A stretch of 64,000 nucleotides of DNA from Escherichia coli (GTDB taxonomy: Bacteria > Pseudomonadota > Gammaproteobacteria > Enterobacterales > Enterobacteriaceae). The stretch lies in the NCBI RefSeq assembly GCF_030013595.1, contig NZ_CP122768.1; one strand, 5' to 3'. The notes under the pieces are model-generated. The model had not been told where the DNA came from. It saw nothing but the letters and a program-made list of their open reading frames with translations, and did not search any database. Position numbers and translations under genes: made by a program. Positions 18,442-30,270 of the stretch are shown one piece after another. The stretch's first letter is position 1, and each line of letters starts with the position of its first letter.

Positions 18442-18932
18442 GCGCTTCCCGCCAGCGTCCGGGCAATCACCTGCTGCCCACGCTGTTTGACCGCCTGTGT
18501 GATGATGCCCCAAACCAGAAACGCGACCACGATATCAGCGTCAGCCCGGTTCAGCTTAAGGAGATCATTCGCCGGGATTTGTCATTTCTGCTCAACACCG
18601 TCAGCCATGAAGATGATATTGATGCTGCACGTTATCCGGACGCGGCAGCGTCCGTACTGAACTACGGCCTGCCGCCACTGGCGGGCAGCTTTCTGTATGA
18701 ACACAAGTGGGACGATATTCGCAGGGCCATTTTGCGTACCATCATCCGGTTTGAACCCCGGCTGAAAGCGTCCACCCTGCAAATCATCCCACTTCAGGAT
18801 GAGCGCCACCAGAGCGGCCATAACACATTACAGTTTGAAATTCGCGGCGAGATCCTCACGCAGCCCTACCCGATGGCATTCCGGGTACGCAGCGCGCTGG
18901 ATATGGAACAGAGCCGCATTACGTTTTTTTAA
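18438..18932 (+). CDS. tssE: T6SS baseplate protein TssE (gp25-like)
   Basis: 164-aa protein. Its start overlaps the tagJ stop and it immediately precedes tssF. Confidence 0.8.
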   Translation: MSASRQRPGNHLLPTLFDRLCDDAPNQKRDHDISVSPVQLKEIIRRDLSFLLNTVSHEDDIDAARYPDAAASVLNYGLPPLAGSFLYEHKWDDIRRAILRTIIRFEPRLKASTLQIIPLQDERHQSGHNTLQFEIRGEILTQPYPMAFRVRSALDMEQSRITFF

Positions 18933-18947
18933 TTCAGAGAGAAACCG

Positions 18948-20830
18948 ATGGATCCACGGCTACTGGAATACTACAACCGCGAACTGAGCTATCTGCGGGA
19001 AACGGGAGCCGAATTTGCCGCCCGTCATCCTAAAGTCGCCGCCCGACTGGGTATGCAGGGAACGGATATTGCCGATCCGTATGTGGAGCGAATGGTCGAG
19101 GCCTTCAGCTTCCTGACCGCCCGCACGCAGCTAAAAATTGACGCTGAATTCCCCCGTTTCACCCAGCGTCTGCTGGAAGTGGTCAGCCCCAATTACGTCA
19201 CACCCACGCCCTCAATGAGCGTGGCGCAGCTTCATCCCAATCCGGAAGAAGGCGATCTGGCGAAGGGATTCACCGTCCCGCGCAACACGGCCTTTTTTTC
19301 CGCCATTCCGGAAGGCGAAAGTACCGCCTGCCAGTTTCGTAGCAGCCAGAATGTGACGCTGTGGCCGCTTGCCATCGAAGAGGTGCGGCTGACCGCCGCG
19401 CCGCCGGATATGCCTGCCCTGCACCGCTACCTGCCAGCCAACATTCACGTCGCTGGTGCGCTGCGTATTACCCTGCGCACCTTTGGTGAACTGACGTTCA
19501 GTCAGCTTGCAGGGCTGAACAAGCTGCCATTTTATCTCTGCGGCGAGGAGCGCACGGCCTCACACCTGTTCGAACTACTGCATACCAGCGCCATCGCGAG
19601 CCTGGCTGGCATTCCGGGGCATTTTGACGGCGCACTGGATGTGAATCTGAAACAGCCCGTTATGTACGAAGGCCTGGATCCGGATCAGGGACTGTTGCCG
19701 CTGGCGTGGAATGTGTTTCACGGCCATAACCTGCTACATGAATATTTTACCTGTCCGGAACGCTTCTTTTTTTCACCCCGACAGGCCTGTCTGCCGGGTT
19801 ACAGAAAATTAACGGCGGCGTGGCGGAGATTGTTATCCTGCTGAACCGCCTGCCGCCGGACTGGCTGATCCACCAGACAAACGCGGCACAGTTCAGCCTG
19901 TTCTGTACCCCGGTTATCAACCTGTTTCCCCGCGTCGCCGCCCGGATCGATGTCACGCACAGCACGACGGAACAGCATCTGGTGGTGGACAGAACCCATC
20001 CGCTGGATTATGAGGTGTTCTCGGTCCAGGAAGTGGAAGGGCTGGAAACTGACACCACACGGAAGATGGCCTTTCGCCCGCTCTACCACACCCGCAATAA
20101 TGATGAAGGCAATCACGGACGTTATTTTTCCCTGCGCCGGGAGCCGCGCCGGTTGTCGGAAAATGCCCGCCGCTATGGCACCCGCACCTCCTATACAGGA
20201 TCAGAAGTGTTCCTGTCGCTGGTTGACCAGTATGAAGCGCCGTACCCGGAAAATCTGCGCCATATCACCATCACGGCTATGGTCACCAACCGCGATCTGC
20301 CCTGTCTTATTGCCCGCAATGGACGGGACGATCTGACCGTGGATGCGGCCATCCCGGTGGCGGGCGTGGGGCTTATCCGTCCGCCGCGTCCGCCGCAGCC
20401 TCCGCTGGCTGAACGTGAAATGGCCTGGCGGTTGATCCGCCAGTTATCCTTTAACTATCTGCCGCTGGCCGATCTGGATCACCGTACCGGTGGTCAGGCG
20501 CTGCGCGATCTGCTTAACCTGTTTATTCCGGCGCATGACAGTCCGCAGTCGCGCCAGGTGCGCAGCCTGATTGGCTGCAACACCACCCCGGTCACCCGCC
20601 GTCTGCCCGGTTCCGGGCTGCTGGTCTATGGGCGCGGCGTCAGTTGTGAACTGACCGTGGATGAGGAGGGGTTCTCCGGTATCAGTCCGTATCTGTTCGG
20701 TCTGGTGTTGGAGCACTATATCGCCCGTCATGTTTCCATTAATACCTTCTCGCAGATGACGCTGCACAGCATGCAGCGCGGCAAAATTATGACCTGGCCT
20801 GCCAGGGCGGGACAGCGGGGAAGCGTATGA
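18948..20830 (+). pseudogene. tssF: T6SS baseplate protein TssF, interrupted by a frameshift in a T7 homopolymer
   Basis: Two overlapping ORFs (18948-19844 and 19820-20830) together give a TssF-sized protein of about 620 aa. The frame changes inside the T-run at 19767-19773. Confidence 0.75.
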
Positions 20831-21822
20831 GCGACGATTTCACTCAGGCGCAGGAAACCCCCTGGCGTTACGGTTTTCTGAACCTGATGCGCCGCGTGGA
20901 TGTGCAGTTGTGTACTGTTCCGGCAGGCAACACCTGGCAACCACGGATGGAAAAATTTCGCCTCGGACAAACTCCCGCGCTGACCTTTGCGCCACGGGAA
21001 ATCGCCAGTGTGAGCTGGCAGGAAGAGCGGCTGCACATCAGTTTGTACAGTCTCGGGCTGTGGGAGCCGAACGGTCCACTGCCGCTGCACTACACCGAAC
21101 TGGCGCGCAACCGGACTGAAAGCCGAAGAGACCCGACGCTAACCCGTTTTTCTGATCTTTTTCATCACCGCTGGCTGACGCAGTTTTACCAGGCATGGCG
21201 CAGCGCCCAGTCCGCTGGGGGCGGTCTGGATAAACCACAACATGACCGTTTTGCCTTTTATATCGCCAGCCTCAGCGGGCAGGATTTGCGGGAGAGCGCC
21301 GACAGCCCGTTGCCGGATCACGCTCGCCTGGCGGCATCGGCCCATCTGGTGCGTGAGTCCCGCAATCCGGACGGTCTGGCCACCACGCTGGCGCACTATT
21401 TCGGTGTACCTTTCCGGATACAGGAGTATGTCCTGCACTGGATAGCCGTGGCGGACGATGAGATCACCCGGCTGGGGATGCCAGCCCCCTCTTCCGTTAT
21501 TGGCAACGGTGCACTCATCGGCCAGGCCGTGCCGGACATGCAGTATAAGTTCCGGCTGGTTATCGGCCCGCTGACGCTGGAGGATTACCGACGTTTTCTG
21601 CCTGGCGGCAATAACCTGCCAGTCCTGACAGAACTGGTCCGCGCCTTTAGCGGTTTTGAATACTGCTGGGAAATTGAGCTACAGCTAAAGCCCCACGCCG
21701 CCCCTCCGGCTGTTACCGGTGGTTCGTACCAACTGGGCTGGACCGCATGGGCGGGTAAAGCCATGCACGAAAACCCGGTGACGGGCATGATTTTCGAACC
21801 AGAACACTACCTGGCGCACTGA
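20827..21822 (+). CDS. tssG: T6SS baseplate protein TssG
   Basis: 331-aa protein whose start overlaps the tssF stop (ATGA), in the conserved tssE-F-G order. Confidence 0.8.
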   Translation: MSDDFTQAQETPWRYGFLNLMRRVDVQLCTVPAGNTWQPRMEKFRLGQTPALTFAPREIASVSWQEERLHISLYSLGLWEPNGPLPLHYTELARNRTESRRDPTLTRFSDLFHHRWLTQFYQAWRSAQSAGGGLDKPQHDRFAFYIASLSGQDLRESADSPLPDHARLAASAHLVRESRNPDGLATTLAHYFGVPFRIQEYVLHWIAVADDEITRLGMPAPSSVIGNGALIGQAVPDMQYKFRLVIGPLTLEDYRRFLPGGNNLPVLTELVRAFSGFEYCWEIELQLKPHAAPPAVTGGSYQLGWTAWAGKAMHENPVTGMIFEPEHYLAH

Positions 21823-21832
21823 GGATAATTTA

Positions 21833-22879
21833 ATGGATACATCCCTGTCTGACCCAATTTCGGCAGAATGCCCCTGCGGCCCGGATCTGGAGTACGATCC
21901 GGAATACCTGCTACTGTTCACGCGCGCCGCACCGCGTGAAGAAGCGCAATACGGCGATTTTGTCAGTACGCCGGAAACCATTAACTGGGCGGAGCTTGAG
22001 CGGGATGCCTGCCGACTGCTGACGCGCAGCAAAGATATCCGCATTCTGGTTGTCCTGCTGCGCTGCCGTATCCAGCAGGCCGGTGCCAGGGGACTGGCGG
22101 AGGCGCTCGCGCTGCTGGAAACGTTGTGCGCCACGTACCCGAACGCCATCCATCCTCAACTGCTCGCGACTGAAGATATCACCGCCGAAGAGGCGGCAGT
22201 GGCACGTAGTAACGCCCTGGCGGCGTTGCTGGACCATGAAGGCGTAATAGCGGATATTCGTGGCATTACACTGTCAAACAATGCTGCCATACGCCTTCAG
22301 GTACGGGATGTGGAGCGTTCGCTGTCTGCATCACGCCCGGCGGATGCGCTGGCACCAGAATCGGTACGCCAGCAACTGGCCGACCTGGAGGCGCGCGGCA
22401 CACTGCCGCTGGATGCCTTTCGCCAGGCCGCAGAGACCACTGAGCGGCTGCAACGCCATGCGCGTGAAACGCTGAATGACCAGGCACCGAACCTATCCCG
22501 TCTGACACAATTGCTGGCCCTGTTGCCGGGAGCGATACGGACCACCACGCCGGAGATCCTGCCACAACCAGTGGCTGAACAGCCGGAGAGCACCACCATC
22601 GTTCATACTGAACAGATATCATCAGAGCAGATTGCGCTACCGGTGCATATCGCGGAGGAAATATCACCGATGTCCGGCGCAGACCCCCGGCAGATCCGCG
22701 ACCGGAACGACGCGCTGGAACGCCTGCGTGTCATCCGTCGCTGGTTTGAGCACAGCGAACCGAGCAGCCCGACCATTCCTTTGCTGCGCCAGGCAGAACG
22801 CCTGGTCGGAAAACGCTTCTCGGAGGTAATAAATGAAATTCCAGTAGAACTGCTGGAAAAATGGGATGCGCTGGAGTAA
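21833..22879 (+). CDS. tssA: ImpA N-domain protein (TssA family, short form)
   Basis: N-terminus MDTSLSDPISAECPCGPDLEYDPEY resembles the ImpA_N domain. At 348 aa it is shorter than canonical TssA. Confidence 0.65.
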   Translation: MDTSLSDPISAECPCGPDLEYDPEYLLLFTRAAPREEAQYGDFVSTPETINWAELERDACRLLTRSKDIRILVVLLRCRIQQAGARGLAEALALLETLCATYPNAIHPQLLATEDITAEEAAVARSNALAALLDHEGVIADIRGITLSNNAAIRLQVRDVERSLSASRPADALAPESVRQQLADLEARGTLPLDAFRQAAETTERLQRHARETLNDQAPNLSRLTQLLALLPGAIRTTTPEILPQPVAEQPESTTIVHTEQISSEQIALPVHIAEEISPMSGADPRQIRDRNDALERLRVIRRWFEHSEPSSPTIPLLRQAERLVGKRFSEVINEIPVELLEKWDALE

Positions 22880-22885
22880 CAGAAG

Positions 22886-22918
22886 TGGCCAGAATTTATA
22901 TTATCTGGCCATTTTTTA
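22886..22918 (+). terminator. Rho-independent terminator after the tssA-like gene
   Basis: Hairpin TGGCCAGA...TCTGGCCA followed by TTTTTT. Confidence 0.6.
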
Positions 22919-22961
22919 AATCATATTCGTTTTACTTGCGGAGTGAAAAATTCTCGCTTCA

Positions 22962-23002
22962 CCAAAACGACGAAAGCCCGAATCAGTAATGATTCGGGCT
23001 TT
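22962..23002 (-). terminator. Terminator downstream of aspV
   Basis: Hairpin AAAGCCCGAATCA...TGATTCGGGCTTT directly 3' of the tRNA on the - strand. Confidence 0.6.
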
Positions 23003-23010
23003 CTGAATAT

Positions 23011-23087
23011 TGGCGGAACGGACGGGACTCGAACCCGCGACCCCCTGCGTGACAGGCAGGTATTCTAACCGACTGAACTACCGCTCC
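23011..23087 (-). tRNA. aspV: tRNA-Asp (GUC)
   Basis: The reverse complement reads GGAGCGGTAGTTCAGTCGGTTAGAATACCTGCCTGTCACGCAGGGGGTCGCGGGTTCGAGTCCCGTCCGTTCCGCCA. Confidence 0.95.
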
Positions 23088-23219
23088 GCGTTGTGTTCCG
23101 TTGGGAACGAGGCGAATATTACGGATTGCCTCTCCCTTCGTCAACGGTTTTTCTCATCTTTTGAATCGTTTGCTGCAAAAATCGCCCAAGTCGCTATTTT
23201 TAGCGCCTTTTACAGGTAT

Positions 23220-23951
23220 TTATGCCCGCCAGAGGCAGCTTCCCCCCTTCTTCTGCACCAGATCGAGACGGGCTTCATGTGCTGCAAGCTCTTCATCTGT
23301 CGCAAAAACAACGCGTAACTTACTTGCCTGACGCACAATGCGCTGAATTGTTGTTTCATCTTGTTGCTGTTGTGTCTCTCCTTCCATCGCAAAAGCCATC
23401 GACGTTTGCCCACCAGTCATCGCCAGATAAACTTCCGCAAGGATCTGGGCATCGAGTAATGCCCCGTGCAACGTTCGTTTACTGTTATCTATTTCGTAGC
23501 GGGCACATAACGCATCGAGGCTGTTGCGCTTACCGGGAAACATTTTCCTCGCCACCGCAAGGCTATCGGTGACCTTACAGAAGGTATTGGTCTTCGGAAT
23601 ATCGCGCTTAAGCAACGAAAACTCGTAGTCCATAAAGCCGATATCGAACGCTGCGTTATGGATCACCAACTCCGCGCCGCGAATATAGTCCATGAACTCA
23701 TCGGCTACTTCGGCAAACGTGGGCTTATCGAGCAAAAATTCATCGGCAATACCATGTACGCCAAAGGCTTCCGGATCCACCAGCCGATCGGGTTTGAGAT
23801 AAACATGGAAGTTATTGCCCGTCAGGCGACGGTTCACCACTTCAACGGCACCAATCTCAATGATCTTGTGGCCTTCATAGTGCGCGCCAATCTGGTTCAT
23901 ACCGGTAGTTTCGGTATCGAGAACGATCTGGCGTGTAATTGCAGTGCTCAT
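23220..23951 (-). CDS. dnaQ: DNA polymerase III epsilon subunit (3'-5' proofreading exonuclease)
   Basis: [20 protein letters not shown]... is the DnaQ N-terminus with the exo motifs. I place the start at the internal Met; the ORF track extends it to 23960. Confidence 0.95.
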
Positions 23952-24015
23952 AGCGGTCATTTATGTCAGACTTGTCGTTTTACAGTTCGATTCAATTACA
24001 GGAAGTCTACCAGAG

Positions 24016-24483
24016 ATGCTTAAACAGGTAGAAATTTTCACCGATGGTTCGTGTCTGGGCAATCCTGGACCTGGGGGTTACGGCGCTATTTTACGCTATC
24101 GCGGACGCGAGAAAACCTTTAGCGCAGGCTACACCCGCACCACCAACAACCGTATGGAGTTGATGGCCGCTATTGTCGCGCTGGAGGCGTTAAAAGAACA
24201 TTGCGAAGTCATTTTGAGTACCGACAGCCAGTATGTCCGCCAGGGTATCACCCAGTGGATCCATAACTGGAAAAAACGTGGCTGGAAAACAGCAGACAAA
24301 AAACCAGTAAAAAATGTCGATCTCTGGCAACGTCTTGATGCTGCGCTGGGGCAGCATCAAATCAAATGGGAATGGGTTAAAGGCCATGCCGGACACCCGG
24401 AAAACGAACGTTGCGATGAACTGGCTCGTGCCGCAGCGATGAATCCCACACTGGAAGATACGGGCTATCAAGTCGAAGTTTAA
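24016..24483 (+). CDS. rnhA: Ribonuclease HI
   Basis: [23 protein letters not shown]... is RNase H (155 aa). It is divergent from dnaQ. Start placed at ATG 24016. Confidence 0.95.
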
Positions 24484-25202
24484 GCCTGTGGTTTACGACA
24501 TTGCCGGGTGGCTCCAACCGCCTGGCGAATTCGTGGCTTGTTTTTACTCTGTTTCATCGGATTTAGCGTTAAAGGAATAGTCCGTTTCCGGGCGACAATA
24601 AGTTGTAAGCAACCAAGCGCAGGAATATGCGCATTCAATAGTTTTCCACCGTGTTTGTTCCACGGGAGAACGTGGAAACGGCTGGCGTGTAGCACTTCAA
24701 AATTCAACAAAGAGAGCCAGTCCAGCTGCCGCATCAGAGTAAACATCCGGCTATTATAGGGCGAGGTTTTGCGCAATACCGGCACAAGTTTTCGTAATCC
24801 CATTAAACTGATGGGATTGAAGCCACTAATCACCAGCCAGCCATCATCAATCAATACCCGATCGGCTTCACGCAATAAACGATGCGGATCGGTGCACCAC
24901 GGCAATGTATGTGCCAGTAGACAAACATCAACGGATTTATCGGCAAAAGGAAGATGAAGTGGGTCCGCCTGCACCTGGACGGGCATTCCTTGCGCAGAAA
25001 CATTCACTTGATGAGAAACCGCGCACGCTTCGCAATTGATTTCTGCGCTTAAATTGCCAATCTTAAGCAGATGAAAACCATACATTTTAGTGAACCACGG
25101 GTTGAGCTGGCGCTCCAGCGCCTTGCGATAAAGCTCTCCCCAGGGCAAATCGCCCCAGCAATCAGGAGCCACGACAGTTTGAGGGACTCTTGCCGGTTTC
25201 AT
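24480..25202 (-). CDS. yafS: SAM-dependent methyltransferase YafS
   Basis: Methyltransferase fold in the conserved position between rnhA and gloB. The start is uncertain (25202 or 25220). Confidence 0.8.
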
Positions 25203-25232
25203 CACAACCTTCCGTTTCACACTGAGAGGTAA

Positions 25233-25991
<759 letters not shown>

Positions 25992-26062
25992 TAAAACTTT
26001 CTTGTCATCGGCTCCGTTCGCCGTTATGATCGGTCGTCTTTTAAGCAACTATTGACACACAC

Positions 26063-27421
26063 ATGAAGGCAAAAGCGATATTACTCGCCTCTGTCCTGCT
26101 CGTGGGTTGCCAGAGTACCGGCAACGTTCAACAGCACGCACAGAGCCTTTCTGCAGCTGGTCAAGGGGAAGCAGCAAAGTTTACAAGTCAGGCACGATGG
26201 ATGGACGATGGGACGTCTATCGCGCCAGATGGTGACTTGTGGGCTTTCATTGGCGACGAGCTAAAGATGGGAATTCCGGAAAATGACCGGATTCGCGAAC
26301 AGAAACAGAAATATTTACGCAATAAGAGCTATCTCCACGATGTAACTTTACGGGCAGAGCCGTATATGTACTGGATAGCCGGGCAAGTTAAAAAACGTAA
26401 CATGCCTATGGAACTGGTACTACTACCCATAGTGGAGAGCGCTTTTGATCCTCACGCAACGTCTGGCGCCAATGCAGCAGGCATCTGGCAGATCATTCCG
26501 AGCACGGGGCGCAATTATGGTTTGAAACAGACCCGCAATTATGACGCGCGTCGCGATGTTGTTGCTTCAACAACTGCCGCGCTGAACATGATGCAGCGTC
26601 TGAACAAGATGTTTGACGGCGACTGGCTTCTGACCGTAGCGGCTTATAACAGCGGCGAAGGTCGAGTCATGAAGGCAATTAAAACGAACAAAGCGCGTGG
26701 GAAATCCACGGACTTCTGGTCGTTACCGTTGCCGCAGGAAACGAAGCAGTACGTGCCTAAAATGCTGGCATTGAGTGATATTCTCAAAAACAGCAAGCGT
26801 TATGGCGTACGTCTGCCAACGACCGATGAAAGCCGTGCTCTGGCGCGTGTGCACCTGAGCAGCCCAGTTGAAATGGCGAAGGTTGCAGATATGGCGGGGA
26901 TTTCCGTCAGCAAGCTGAAGACATTCAACGCTGGCGTGAAAGGCTCCACGCTGGGCGCAAGTGGTCCGCAGTACGTGATGGTGCCAAAGAAGCATGCAGA
27001 TCAACTGCGTGAATCTCTGGCTTCGGGCGAAATTGCTGCTGTACAGTCGACGCTGGTTGCCGACAATACGCCGCTTAACAGCCGTGTTTACACCGTACGC
27101 TCTGGCGACACGCTTTCAAGTATCGCTTCACGTCTCGGCGTTAGCACCAAAGATTTGCAGCAGTGGAACAAACTGCGCGGCTCTAAGCTGAAACCAGGCC
27201 AAAGTCTGACGATTGGCGCAGGTAGTAGCGCACAGCGGTTGGCAAACAACAGCGATAGCATTACTTATCGTGTGCGCAAAGGCGATTCGCTTTCAAGCAT
27301 TGCTAAACGCCACGGCGTGAACATCAAAGATGTGATGCGCTGGAACAGCGATACTGCGAATCTGCAACCAGGCGATAAGCTGACGTTGTTTGTGAAAAAC
27401 AACAACATGCCAGATTCCTGA
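26063..27421 (+). CDS. mltD: Membrane-bound lytic murein transglycosylase D
   Basis: Lipoprotein signal (LLVGCQS), a lytic transglycosylase domain and C-terminal LysM repeats. Confidence 0.9.
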   Translation: MKAKAILLASVLLVGCQSTGNVQQHAQSLSAAGQGEAAKFTSQARWMDDGTSIAPDGDLWAFIGDELKMGIPENDRIREQKQKYLRNKSYLHDVTLRAEPYMYWIAGQVKKRNMPMELVLLPIVESAFDPHATSGANAAGIWQIIPSTGRNYGLKQTRNYDARRDVVASTTAALNMMQRLNKMFDGDWLLTVAAYNSGEGRVMKAIKTNKARGKSTDFWSLPLPQETKQYVPKMLALSDILKNSKRYGVRLPTTDESRALARVHLSSPVEMAKVADMAGISVSKLKTFNAGVKGSTLGASGPQYVMVPKKHADQLRESLASGEIAAVQSTLVADNTPLNSRVYTVRSGDTLSSIASRLGVSTKDLQQWNKLRGSKLKPGQSLTIGAGSSAQRLANNSDSITYRVRKGDSLSSIAKRHGVNIKDVMRWNSDTANLQPGDKLTLFVKNNNMPDS

Positions 27422-27437
27422 CAAACCAGATAATGAA

Positions 27438-27467
27438 AGGCACCGATTCCCCCGGTGCCTTTTTTAT
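27438..27467. terminator. Terminator between the convergent mltD and yafE genes
   Basis: Hairpin AGGCACCG...CGGTGCCT followed by TTTTTTATTT. Confidence 0.6.
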
Positions 27468-28238
27468 TTATGCTGCTTTATGTGCTTCTACCATGATGAT
27501 ATCACTGGTGAAAGAGCCATCATTCTGCAAGGCAAAATACGTTTTCACCTCTGTCGATGCGCTCTGTTGGTAAATGCGAATAGCGTCTACTAACGCTTCT
27601 GGCGTACGCATTCTCGCGACCCATGAAGAAAATTCCAGCGGTAACTTATCTGTAATTAAATTATCAACTATCAGATTGGCTTCATTGATTAACGTCAACC
27701 ACTCACCGCTGGCGTAGTTTCGTACGTGAGAGGTATCGCGTAATGCTTCTACCGTCTGTAACCAGACGTCGCGCACTGGGTGACCCGGAGACATTACGTC
27801 CATCACAATCAGCCTACCGCCAGGTTTCAATATCCTATTCACTTCTCGCAGTGCTGCACCAACATCATGCCAGTGATGGGCAGAATAACGGCTGATAACA
27901 ATATCAAATGCGTTATCGGCAAATGGCAGACTTTCGGCATATCCCTGGCGGGTGGCGATATTTTTCAGGTGCCGGGCTTCGGCAGCTTGTGCCACGACAT
28001 CCAGCATTTGGGCAGATAAGTCATACGCCACCACCGCGCTCACGTTCTGCGCAGCGACAAAGCTGGCATGCCCTGCTCCGCAGCCCATATCAAGTACACT
28101 TGCATCAGGATAATCAGCCAGACGCACCGCCAGGCGTTGTAAATCTCGCCCGGATGCATGTACGGTACTGGTTAAATACTCACTGGCCTGCGAGCTAAAC
28201 TGCTTTTCTACGTGGTCATGGTGGGATTGTGTTGTCAT
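27468..28238 (-). CDS. yafE: SAM-dependent methyltransferase YafE
   Basis: Class I methyltransferase motif LDMGCGAGH. Confidence 0.8.
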   Translation of the reverse strand: MTTQSHHDHVEKQFSSQASEYLTSTVHASGRDLQRLAVRLADYPDASVLDMGCGAGHASFVAAQNVSAVVAYDLSAQMLDVVAQAAEARHLKNIATRQGYAESLPFADNAFDIVISRYSAHHWHDVGAALREVNRILKPGGRLIVMDVMSPGHPVRDVWLQTVEALRDTSHVRNYASGEWLTLINEANLIVDNLITDKLPLEFSSWVARMRTPEALVDAIRIYQQSASTEVKTYFALQNDGSFTSDIIMVEAHKAA

Positions 28239-28314
28239 TGCGCTGTCCTTTTATTGTTTGATTAAAAAGGGCAGCGCCAAACGTTGGTCTGCCCTGTGGC
28301 AGACATGACATACC

Positions 28315-29166
<852 letters not shown>

Positions 29167-29355
29167 CTACTGTTATAGGGATTTTAGCTCACTCTTTCAA
29201 CGAGCAATTGTATATTGTTATGTAAGCAAGTGCTTACACCGGTCAGAATTTTGCTCATTATTGAGAACATTAAATCGGATGACATATCACGCATCCTGAT
29301 GGTTTAATGACAAATAAATTCAAAATATCTCATCTATTTTGCAACAGGAGCAAAA

Positions 29356-30270
29356 ATGAAAGCCACGTCGGAAGAACTCGCCATTTTTGTTTCGGTCGTC
29401 GAAAGCGGTAGCTTTAGCCGGGCAGCGGAACAATTAGGGCAAGCAAACTCAGCGGTAAGCCGGGCGGTGAAAAAGCTGGAGATGAAACTTGGCGTTAGCC
29501 TGCTTAATCGGACCACGCGGCAACTTAGCCTGACGGAAGAAGGCGAGCGTTATTTTCGTCGCGTACAGTCAATTTTGCAGGAGATGGCAGCGGCAGAATC
29601 AGAAATTATGGAGACGCGTAATACACCGCGTGGACTGTTGCGCATCGATGCCGCAACTCCAGTAGTGCTGCACTTTCTGATGCCGTTGATTAAGCCTTTC
29701 CGTGAACGCTATCCGGAAGTCACTTTATCACTAGTCTCCTCCGAAACGATTATTAATTTGATCGAAAGAAAAGTGGATGTCGCGATACGCGCCGGTACGT
29801 TAACGGATTCCAGCTTACGTGCCAGGCCGTTATTTAACAGTTATCGAAAAATTATAGCCTCCCCCGATTATATTTCCCGCTATGGGAAGCCAGAAACGCT
29901 CGACGATTTAAAGCAACATGTTTGCCTGGGATTCACTGAACCCGCTTCCCTCAATACCTGGCCGATAGCCTGTAGCGATGGACAATTACATGAGGTGAAG
30001 TACGGTTTGTCATCCAATAGTGGGGAAACACTGAAACAGCTTTGCCTGAGTGGCAACGGGATTGCGTGTTTGTCCGACTACATGATCGACAGAGAAATCG
30101 CTCGCGGAGAATTGGTGGAGTTAATGGCAGATAAAGTGTTGCCAGTGGAAATGCCATTCAGTGCAGTCTATTACAGCGACCGTGCGGTAAGTACGCGCAT
30201 CCGGGCTTTTATCGATTTCCTTAGCGAGCATGTAAAAACAGCTCCCGGAGGAGCTGTCAGAGAGACTTAA
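29356..30270 (+). CDS. yafC: LysR-family transcriptional regulator YafC
   Basis: N-terminal helix-turn-helix ([23 protein letters not shown]) and a LysR substrate-binding domain. Confidence 0.85.
   Translation: MKATSEELAIFVSVVESGSFSRAAEQLGQANSAVSRAVKKLEMKLGVSLLNRTTRQLSLTEEGERYFRRVQSILQEMAAAESEIMETRNTPRGLLRIDAATPVVLHFLMPLIKPFRERYPEVTLSLVSSETIINLIERKVDVAIRAGTLTDSSLRARPLFNSYRKIIASPDYISRYGKPETLDDLKQHVCLGFTEPASLNTWPIACSDGQLHEVKYGLSSNSGETLKQLCLSGNGIACLSDYMIDREIARGELVELMADKVLPVEMPFSAVYYSDRAVSTRIRAFIDFLSEHVKTAPGGAVRET

Noticed and set aside
19767-19773. Programmed ribosomal frameshifting at the tssF T7 run
   Set aside because: The shift needed is -1, but the context (C TTT TTT T) is not a canonical X XXY YYZ slippery heptamer and I see no obvious downstream stimulatory structure. 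A mutation or homopolymer sequencing error is more economical. It stays as an alternative in the tssF finding.
23010-23413. ORFs 23010-23318 (+), 23101-23331 (+) and 23210-23413 (-) next to aspV
   Set aside because: They overlap the tRNA-Asp gene and the dnaQ 3' end and terminator region; short ORFs with no recognisable features.
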